From Kiritimatiellia bacterium (GTDB lineage: Bacteria > Verrucomicrobiota > Kiritimatiellia > UBA8416 > JBFIFS01), in the NCBI GenBank assembly GCA_041602695.1, contig JBFIFS010000006.1:1-52649 (forward strand): a stretch of 52,649 nt of DNA, written 5' to 3'. A program made the translations under genes and the position numbers. Position 1 is the first letter of the stretch. Each line of letters opens with the position of its first letter. The notes beneath the pieces are model-generated. The model was given only the letters and a program-made list of their open reading frames with translations. It did no database searches and was not told where the DNA came from. Below, one piece after another: positions 46,106 to 52,649 of the stretch.

Positions 46106-46134
46106 TTGCTCATGATCGGCATTGCAACTAAATT
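46106..46134 (+). promoter_or_regulatory. sigma70 promoter (leaderless) of the beta-barrel/Deg operon
   Basis: TTGCTC-N17-TAAATT, 6 nt before ATG 46141. No SD. Confidence 0.55.
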
Positions 46135-46140
46135 ACCGCA

Positions 46141-46656
46141 ATGAAAACAAAATTCCTCTGCACTCTCGCGCTCACTGCTTTATGCTTTGGCCAGGTTTCA
46201 CTCGCCCAGCCGGCGGTTAAGACATGGGGGTTCGGCATCAGGCAGCATGCTGAACAGCCCGACTTCCCTGACATATCGCTCGGCGACGAACTGTCGTACG
46301 GCCTTTCTTTAAGCGCAATAGACGCCGGCGGATATTGGCAGGCAGCAATACTTTACACACCTGAAATCGGGTCCATGCCCGACGCAGATTACGCGATTAC
46401 GCCGGAAATCAACCTCATGCTTTCCGAAAACGCCTGGCGCGTTGGAATAGGCGGCGCCCGGACCTATGTCAGCTCCGATACAAATGGCGGCTGGCGGGAC
46501 TTCTTTTGGCAGGCCCTGCTGGGGTTCGGCCTGCCCGGGATCGGAAGCGGCACTCTTGAGGCACGCGCGATATATGTTTTCGATGAACTGGGCAATATCG
46601 GGGATTTTGACACAAGCAACCTCGAATACGCCATTTGGCTCGGTATCCCGTTTTGA
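46141..46656 (+). CDS. Small outer-membrane beta-barrel protein (probably 8-stranded)
   Basis: Signal peptide (SLA), alternating amphipathic strands and a C-terminal YAIWLGIPF ending in Phe (BAM signal-like). Confidence 0.65.
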   Translation: MKTKFLCTLALTALCFGQVSLAQPAVKTWGFGIRQHAEQPDFPDISLGDELSYGLSLSAIDAGGYWQAAILYTPEIGSMPDADYAITPEINLMLSENAWRVGIGGARTYVSSDTNGGWRDFFWQALLGFGLPGIGSGTLEARAIYVFDELGNIGDFDTSNLEYAIWLGIPF

Positions 46657-48146
46657 GGCACTCCAGGTCCATTCTGCTGGCAGCCCTCGCCCTAGCCTGC
46701 CTGGCTCTCCAGGCGTGCGTAACACCCGGCAAGGTAACCGCGAACGGCATTGATAATGCCCGGCTGGGCGTGGTCAAGATACATGTTTCCAGCCAGAGCG
46801 AAGACTACCAGATGCCCTGGCAGTCAGGACGGCCGCGCGGCGGCTCAGGGACCGGCTTCCTCATCGAAGGGAAACGCATACTCTCAAACGCGCACGTAGT
46901 GTCCAACGCCCGTTTCATCCAGGTCCAGAAAGACGGCGATCCAAAGAAGTACATAGCGAAAGTGGCCTTCATAGCCCACGACTGTGACCTGGCTATGCTT
47001 GAAGTCGAAGATGAGCTCTTCTTCGAGGGCATGAAGCCCGTATCACTGGCTTCCGAAATACCCTCCCTGAACGACGATGTATACGTGGTCGGATACCCGA
47101 TGGGCGGACAGCGCGTGTCTATAACGCGCGGCGTGGTATCAAGAATCGATTTCGACGTCTACTCGCACAGCGGGCTGGACGAACACCTGGTAATGCAGGT
47201 AGACGCGGCGATCAATCCCGGAAACTCGGGCGGACCCATATTTTATGACGGCAAGGTAGCGGCCGTTGCCTTTCAGGGATTGAGAAGCGGCGACAACATC
47301 GGCTACGGAATCCCCCTGCCCGTCATCGAGCATTTCCTCAAAGACGTCAGTGACGGCAAATACAACGGCTATCCGGAGCTGGGAGTGGACTTTATCGAGG
47401 GGCACAATACCGGCCTGCGCAAGGCATACAAGATGGACGTGGAGGATTCCGGTATCGTCGTCAACTACGTCGATCCTTACGGGTCCGCAAAGGACCGCAT
47501 CAAGCCTGGCGACATCCTGCTCAGTATCGACGGATACAACATTGAGAATGACGGCAGCATAGCGCTTGACGGAAACACCGTAATCTTCGCGGAACTCATG
47601 GAAAGAAAGCAATGGGGCGAGGCCGTCGACTTCAGGATCATGCGTGAAGGGGCGTACACAAACGTGCACGTCAAGTTCGACAACCCTGCTGACCCCTTCA
47701 TGTACAGGAACGTCTATGACGAAAAGCCTGAATATTTCATAATGGCCGGACTAGTATTTGCACCCGTAAACAGGGCCCTGCTTTATACCGTCCGGCATTC
47801 GAGCGTGCCGAACAGGAGCCAGCTCTTCTACTTCTCCAACTTCGCAAAGATCGATGACCTGGCGACAGGGCGCGAGGAGTTCGTGGTAATGATGCGGCGC
47901 CTGTCCCACGCGGTAAACGCGTACGCGGACACGTTCATGAACGGGATAGTCTCAGAAGTAAACGGCAAGAAGATCTCGAAGCTGGAAGACGTCAAGGAGG
48001 CCTTCACAAAGCCGCATGAAGGCTTCCACACGATCAAGTTCGAGGGCATCGAAGACAAGCTGGTCATGGAAGCAGGAAGGGCCGACGAGGCCGACTCGGA
48101 GATCCTTTCTTCATACGGCATAATGAAGAAGGAGTATTTCAAGTAA
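46653..48146 (+). CDS. Deg/HtrA-family serine protease (Deg2/Deg9-like, protease-PDZ-PDZ), lipoprotein
   Basis: Triad SNAHVV / CDLA / GNSGGP, GYPMGG and AGLVF. LQA-C lipobox. TTG 46653 overlaps the upstream TGA (TTGA). Confidence 0.9.
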   Translation: MRHSRSILLAALALACLALQACVTPGKVTANGIDNARLGVVKIHVSSQSEDYQMPWQSGRPRGGSGTGFLIEGKRILSNAHVVSNARFIQVQKDGDPKKYIAKVAFIAHDCDLAMLEVEDELFFEGMKPVSLASEIPSLNDDVYVVGYPMGGQRVSITRGVVSRIDFDVYSHSGLDEHLVMQVDAAINPGNSGGPIFYDGKVAAVAFQGLRSGDNIGYGIPLPVIEHFLKDVSDGKYNGYPELGVDFIEGHNTGLRKAYKMDVEDSGIVVNYVDPYGSAKDRIKPGDILLSIDGYNIENDGSIALDGNTVIFAELMERKQWGEAVDFRIMREGAYTNVHVKFDNPADPFMYRNVYDEKPEYFIMAGLVFAPVNRALLYTVRHSSVPNRSQLFYFSNFAKIDDLATGREEFVVMMRRLSHAVNAYADTFMNGIVSEVNGKKISKLEDVKEAFTKPHEGFHTIKFEGIEDKLVMEAGRADEADSEILSSYGIMKKEYFK

Positions 48147-49639
48147 TGACGCGTCGCTTATTTACAGCAGCCCTGCTCGTGGCCGCTCTTGCCTCATCGG
48201 CCACGGCCAGCAATGAAAACCCAAACTCCAAGCGCCTGGTTGAAATAAGCGTGACGCGCCATGAAACCGACCCCTTCCTGCCCTGGCAAAAGGCAAGGCC
48301 GGGAAAGCGCAACGGCTACGGCGTAGTTGTCAGGAAAAACATCATCCTTACAACCGAGACCCTGGTCAGAAACAGCAAAGTCATAGAGATCAACCTGCCT
48401 AGGAGCGAAAAGAAGCTTCGCGGACGCAGCATGCTGGTAGACATACAGTCGAATCTCGCGCTTATCGAGCTCCTCGACGAGGCGGAAACGCTGCCCCAGG
48501 CTGAGCTGCCGCTTGCCGATGCGCTTCCTATGGACGCAAAGACAACCATCTGCCAGACAGACGACACGTCGGCAATACAAACCTGCGACGGAACCGTGAT
48601 TCAGGTATCCATGTCCAGGGTGTCATCCGCTTCGTTTCTCATGCTCTCCTGCAAACTCCTCACGGAACCCGCCGTCTACAACCAGGGCGCACCTGTGTTT
48701 TCTGACGGCAAACTTGCCGGAATCACCATCAACCACAAACGCTCAGACCGAGAATGCCTTATGATCCCCGCACCGGTCATAAGAAGGTTCCTTAATGACG
48801 CCAAAGAACCTCCCTATTCCGGATTTCCATCCGCGGGATTTTACTGGGCCAAGCTCGTAGATCCGGCCAAGCGAAAGTTTCTCGGCCTTCCGAAGGACCA
48901 GGAGCAGGGAATCGAAATCCTCTCTACGATTCCAGGCTCCGGCTCAGACGAGAAGCTCAAGCCCAGCGATGTCATCCTCTCCATTGACGGATCGAAGGTG
49001 GACAGCCTTGGCTACTACAAGGACCAGACGCACGGACGCCTGCTGTTCCCGTACCTCATCAACGGGCGCAGGTCCGCGGGCGAGTCCATTGAAATGACGG
49101 TTTTCCGCGACAAGAAGGAAATCGAACTGACAATTCCTCTCAGCCCATGGAAGGACAGCATGTCACTTATCCCTGAGGACCATGAGGCACAAATGAACGA
49201 CTATATCGCGTCGGGAGGCCTCATCATGCGCGAGCTGTCAGGACGCTACCTGCGCGCCCATGGAGGCGACTGGGAGAGTCGCGTGGGGCCAAGGCTGGCC
49301 TATTACTACGAAACAATCCGGTCAGCCCCCGAACAGCCCGGGGACCGGATCGTAATTCTTGCCGGAATCCTGCCGGACACTGTTAATATCGGCTATCAGC
49401 ATGTTCGCAATGAAATCGTCACACATGTAAACGGCAATGAAATCCGAAATATTCAGGATGTCTTCGATGCCGTAGACAAGGAAGGCGGCCTCAGGACAGT
49501 TAAACTCAAATCACTGGATATCGAACTTGTGTTTGACGCCGAGGAACTGGAAGAGGCAAACGAAAGAATCCTCTCTTCCTATCGCATCCCGGCAATCGAC
49601 AGCCGAAAACTGGAAGAGCTGGAAAACAAAGGCTTCTGA
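48146..49639 (+). CDS. Deg/HtrA-like paralogue lacking the catalytic triad (pseudoprotease)
   Basis: Same layout (PWQ, GYGVVV, PDZ DVILSIDG, VNG) but LTTETLV / SNLALI / YNQGAP at the His/Asp/Ser positions. Signal peptide; TAATG overlap with the upstream gene. Confidence 0.82.
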   Translation: MTRRLFTAALLVAALASSATASNENPNSKRLVEISVTRHETDPFLPWQKARPGKRNGYGVVVRKNIILTTETLVRNSKVIEINLPRSEKKLRGRSMLVDIQSNLALIELLDEAETLPQAELPLADALPMDAKTTICQTDDTSAIQTCDGTVIQVSMSRVSSASFLMLSCKLLTEPAVYNQGAPVFSDGKLAGITINHKRSDRECLMIPAPVIRRFLNDAKEPPYSGFPSAGFYWAKLVDPAKRKFLGLPKDQEQGIEILSTIPGSGSDEKLKPSDVILSIDGSKVDSLGYYKDQTHGRLLFPYLINGRRSAGESIEMTVFRDKKEIELTIPLSPWKDSMSLIPEDHEAQMNDYIASGGLIMRELSGRYLRAHGGDWESRVGPRLAYYYETIRSAPEQPGDRIVILAGILPDTVNIGYQHVRNEIVTHVNGNEIRNIQDVFDAVDKEGGLRTVKLKSLDIELVFDAEELEEANERILSSYRIPAIDSRKLEELENKGF

Positions 49640-49675
49640 GTTTTCCGGCCAGGCAGGATCCGCTCATCATTCACC

Positions 49676-49713
49676 TTGCCCGCGAAGCCTAAAATATATA
49701 CAATTCCGGGCAA
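49676..49713 (+). promoter_or_regulatory. sigma70 promoter enclosed by an inverted repeat
   Basis: TTGCCC-N17-TACAAT. TTGCCCG (49676-49682) is complementary to CGGGCAA (49707-49713), followed by CTTTT and an AGAGGA SD. Confidence 0.6.
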
Positions 49714-49729
49714 CTTTTAGAGGAAAGCT

Positions 49730-49996
49730 ATGCTAAAGACCTTCTTTCATATCGTCACCACTGCCTCGCTGGAACTTCCGGCGATCGAAGCAACTGCCCT
49801 TCTCGTCCTGATCGCAATATGCCTGGTAACGAGGCATACAAGGGCGGGCCTGGTCGCTACTTATATCTTCGCCTACAGGTGGGGATGGCGCCTTTTCGCG
49901 GGGCACAGCATACCATTTCTCAGCGCCTACCTTTTTTTTGGGATGATAACCGGAATCTTGACTGTAATAGCAATTATGACTGACAAAAATGACTGA
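49730..49996 (+). CDS. Small hydrophobic membrane protein, unknown function
   Basis: 88 aa with about three TM segments. AGAGGA SD and promoter upstream; overlaps the next start. Confidence 0.7.
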   Translation: MLKTFFHIVTTASLELPAIEATALLVLIAICLVTRHTRAGLVATYIFAYRWGWRLFAGHSIPFLSAYLFFGMITGILTVIAIMTDKND

Positions 49997-51329
49997 AGAG
50001 AAGAAGGCCCCAGAAAGAAAGAGTTCCAGCGCCAGGAATATAGCGAGGTCAATAAGGCGACATCTTGTCAATTATGTGTTCATCGCGATCGCCGGCACGA
50101 TGATTGTCACCTGCGCCTCAACTATGGCAAAGGCATACTGGGTTAAACGGCCGCTCGAGAAGGCTGACGCATACCTTTCCGACAACAAGCTGGACGAACT
50201 CCTTCAGGCCCTGGACAAGACCTCCCGCTGGGAGGAGCTTTTTCCGTCTCTGAAGCCGCGACGCAACACCATTGCCATCCGATGCTATGCCAGAAAGAAC
50301 GAAATCGGCAAGGCAATGGGCATCGCCGACGCCATGGTTACATCGAGTTCCCAGACGGAAACCGTGATGGACTTTGTCAGGGGCTTTGTGCCGCCGGACA
50401 CTGTAACGACTCTCGTCGACCGCTTTTCCTACTTCATAAATCATATGGAGAAACCCCTTGCCACACTCATCAACGCTAAGTTCAGCAAGCAAAACACGGC
50501 ACTGAGCCTGAGTGCCTGGTCCGGATACGACTATCTCACGAAAGAGCTCAAGGCTGCCAATAATAAAGCGGGGCTCGAGAGTGTCCTGAAGACATGCAGA
50601 GAGTACCATCCCGAAGCGTCCTTCACGCTGTCACTAAGCAATTTTATGGCAGGCATTAAAGGCAGCGGCAGAGACATCCCGCACCCCGACAGTGAAGCTC
50701 CGATAGGCTGGGCTGTTGTAAAAGCGGAGAAAACCAGCCTGTACGACAAGTCCGGCTCGTTTCTGGCCAGGGCGTCCAGGGGATCGCTCATTGAGGTCGA
50801 CGAGATGCGTGACTCGAAAAGCGGCGAGATTGTAATCGGAAGCCTTAAATACAGGAACAGCCAGACCCCTGGCGTCGTCGCCCTTGCAAAAGACCTCACG
50901 CTTAAACGAGGGCTTCTCTTTGAACTCGACCCGGCCCTCATGGATAAGCTCTACACGCGGGCCGAACTTGCAAGGCGGCTTGTTGAGGCCCAGGAAAGCG
51001 CGAAACGAAATGCCGCGAACGCAAATCCGCACGCCGCCGCATATAAGCAGGCCCTTGAAGAGTACAGGGCGCTTAAGTCCAAAAGCGACGAAATCACGGC
51101 AAAGTTCAAGACCGCAACCGGGCCCGAGCGGGAGAAGTACGCCAATGAACTTCGCCTGCTAAAGCCTAAAAGCGTCGGCGTTATCAACAAGTACAAGGCC
51201 GCCAAGAGCAAGCATGATGCCTGGGAAAAGGCGAACGGCGGCAGGACTGTAACAAGCCCGGAGGTGACAAACCTTACTGCACAGCTGAACCAGATTGAAG
51301 CTGAACTCCGGCAACTTGGCCACCTGTGA
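49989..51329 (+). CDS. Membrane-anchored hypothetical protein (helical region, short beta domain, C-terminal coiled coil)
   Basis: 446-aa ORF with a single TM at aa 27-45 and Ala/Lys-rich heptads at the C-terminus. Overlaps neighbours on both sides. Confidence 0.75.
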   Translation: MTEEKKAPERKSSSARNIARSIRRHLVNYVFIAIAGTMIVTCASTMAKAYWVKRPLEKADAYLSDNKLDELLQALDKTSRWEELFPSLKPRRNTIAIRCYARKNEIGKAMGIADAMVTSSSQTETVMDFVRGFVPPDTVTTLVDRFSYFINHMEKPLATLINAKFSKQNTALSLSAWSGYDYLTKELKAANNKAGLESVLKTCREYHPEASFTLSLSNFMAGIKGSGRDIPHPDSEAPIGWAVVKAEKTSLYDKSGSFLARASRGSLIEVDEMRDSKSGEIVIGSLKYRNSQTPGVVALAKDLTLKRGLLFELDPALMDKLYTRAELARRLVEAQESAKRNAANANPHAAAYKQALEEYRALKSKSDEITAKFKTATGPEREKYANELRLLKPKSVGVINKYKAAKSKHDAWEKANGGRTVTSPEVTNLTAQLNQIEAELRQLGHL

Positions 51330-52237
51330 TTCGCGCGGCCAAATCCCTCGTCCTGATACTCTGGCTGATTTCCGCCGCCTGGCTCATACGCTTTGAGGCC
51401 TTCCCGGAATTTTTTTCCGGCTCGACCCTCAGTTATCGCAACCTGATCGGCCAGAACGTGCTTCTGCGGGAGTCCTGGCACAAGGTATCCATGAAGGAAA
51501 AGGACATCGGCTACGTGTCGACTGTGATCGAGAGCCAGGATGAAGCACAACAGGTTTCCTACCAGATAACAAGCAAGACGCATATCAACCTCGGGCTTCC
51601 GGTGCGAACCGACGACATCGTGCTTGAGACAACGGTGCGGCTCGATGCTTCATACGCCCTTCTCTCGCTGGATTCAGACCTGAAGGCGCCAGGAGTAAAC
51701 GTAAAAAACATGCTTGAGCGGAATCAGGCCGGAGGCTTCACCGCAACCACATTCAGGACCGACCTGGATTCCAGTACCTCCCGGGAGGTCTCACTCCCGC
51801 CCTCTGCAGTGGTGTTCCTCCCACCGACAGACCTCCTTCCCCCGCGACTGCGGCCGGGGATCAAGTCTTACATGCGTATCATAGACCCCATATCGCTCGA
51901 GACATCAGTGATTGAAGTCGAAACCGTTTCGTCAGTTCCGGGAATACCGGCAGCCGCAACAGAGAAATACCATTGGACGAAACTTCAGCACAAGGGAATG
52001 GACTTCCTGTGTGCGCGCGATGAGTCCGACGAAATAGCAGGCGTAAGGGCACCACTCGGCATAACCCTCACAAAATGTACCGTTGACGAGGCGTTCGCGG
52101 CAGCGGGAATTGATGATCCTGATGCCGCACCCACCAACCTCGATCCGGAACGCGTCATCCAGTACGTTGAATCTCTGGTGGGGCCCCTTTCGTCGGTGCT
52201 CTCTGTCAAAGCCAAGAACAGGAATGAAAATGATTAG
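51326..52237 (+). CDS. Membrane-anchored hypothetical protein upstream of an ABC ATPase
   Basis: GTGA overlap, N-terminal TM and a beta-rich body (ESWHKVSMKEKDIGY). Confidence 0.72.
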   Translation: MIRAAKSLVLILWLISAAWLIRFEAFPEFFSGSTLSYRNLIGQNVLLRESWHKVSMKEKDIGYVSTVIESQDEAQQVSYQITSKTHINLGLPVRTDDIVLETTVRLDASYALLSLDSDLKAPGVNVKNMLERNQAGGFTATTFRTDLDSSTSREVSLPPSAVVFLPPTDLLPPRLRPGIKSYMRIIDPISLETSVIEVETVSSVPGIPAAATEKYHWTKLQHKGMDFLCARDESDEIAGVRAPLGITLTKCTVDEAFAAAGIDDPDAAPTNLDPERVIQYVESLVGPLSSVLSVKAKNRNEND

Positions 52238-52649
52238 TATTCGAAACATCTCCAAATCTTTCGCCAACCTCAAGGCGGTGGACAATCTCGCCCTCGAAGT
52301 CCCCAAAGGCCAGCTCTTCTGTTTTCTCGGCCCCAACGGGGCGGGCAAGACCACCACAATAAAGATGCTCACTGGACTGATGCGTCCCGATTCTGGAGAG
52401 ATAACACTGGCCGGCGTGGATGTCCTGAAAGATCCGGTCGAAGCAAAGAAACATATCGGCTACATCCCGGACATGCCGTTCATTTACGACCGGCTGACCC
52501 CCGAAGAGTTCATGGAGTTTACTGCCGACATTTTCAGGATCCCTTATTCCGAGCTGGTGACAAGGCGACAGGAGCTTTTCACCACATTCGGGGTACATGA
52601 CTTCAAGTCGGCCCTCATCCGCGACATTTCGCACGGCATGCGGCAGCGC
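52230..52649 (+). CDS. ABC transporter ATP-binding protein, ABC-2 type (3' truncated by window edge)
   Basis: Not in the ORF track. Reads MISIRNISKSF...AVDNLAL...FLGPNGAGKTTT...IGYIPD...ISHGMRQR (Walker A and start of the signature motif). Confidence 0.93.
   Translation, partial: MISIRNISKSFANLKAVDNLALEVPKGQLFCFLGPNGAGKTTTIKMLTGLMRPDSGEITLAGVDVLKDPVEAKKHIGYIPDMPFIYDRLTPEEFMEFTADIFRIPYSELVTRRQELFTTFGVHDFKSALIRDISHGMRQR

Noticed and set aside
1-52649. Prophage, transposon, integron or defence island
   Set aside because: No integrase, transposase, phage or defence motifs were seen, and gene content is mostly housekeeping with no obvious compositional break.

Overview
A gene-dense, roughly 55-60% GC (estimated by eye) bacterial core-genome window, probably PVC superphylum (Kiritimatiellia/Verrucomicrobiota-like). 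That placement is inferred from an Akkermansia Amuc_1098-1102-type pilus cluster and the exonuclease-coaE-rho gene order. Genes from left to right: aceE(5' partial)-aceF-lpdA; a Tat-lipoprotein M48 peptidase-mscS-ogt operon; an orphan sigma54 response regulator; PNP-cca; tig-clpP-clpX; coaE-rho; a stand-alone 5'-3' exonuclease; a five-gene type IV pilus/secretin-like cluster; a cNMP-rhodanese protein; a PAS histidine kinase; a CHASE2 adenylate cyclase divergent from a FecR-like gene; a PpiD-like chaperone; amrS; deoB; a hybrid kinase; surA-rsmA-ileS-Ser/Thr kinase; a lipoprotein and a TrmH gene interrupted by an in-frame TAG; a small beta-barrel; an active plus a catalytically dead Deg/HtrA pair; three unknown membrane proteins; and an ABC ATPase (3' partial). 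I found no tRNA, rRNA, CRISPR array or mobile element. The strongest new candidates are: (1) an unannotated ~105-nt structured, GGA-rich RNA behind a good sigma54 -24/-12 promoter right after the sigma54 activator; (2) a cAMP module adjoining the pilus operon, with a CRP/FNR-geometry palindrome upstream of that operon; (3) a Hanks kinase translationally coupled to ileS; (4) a protease/pseudoprotease pair; (5) recurrent leaderless promoters. All family calls come from motif recognition; no database searches were run.
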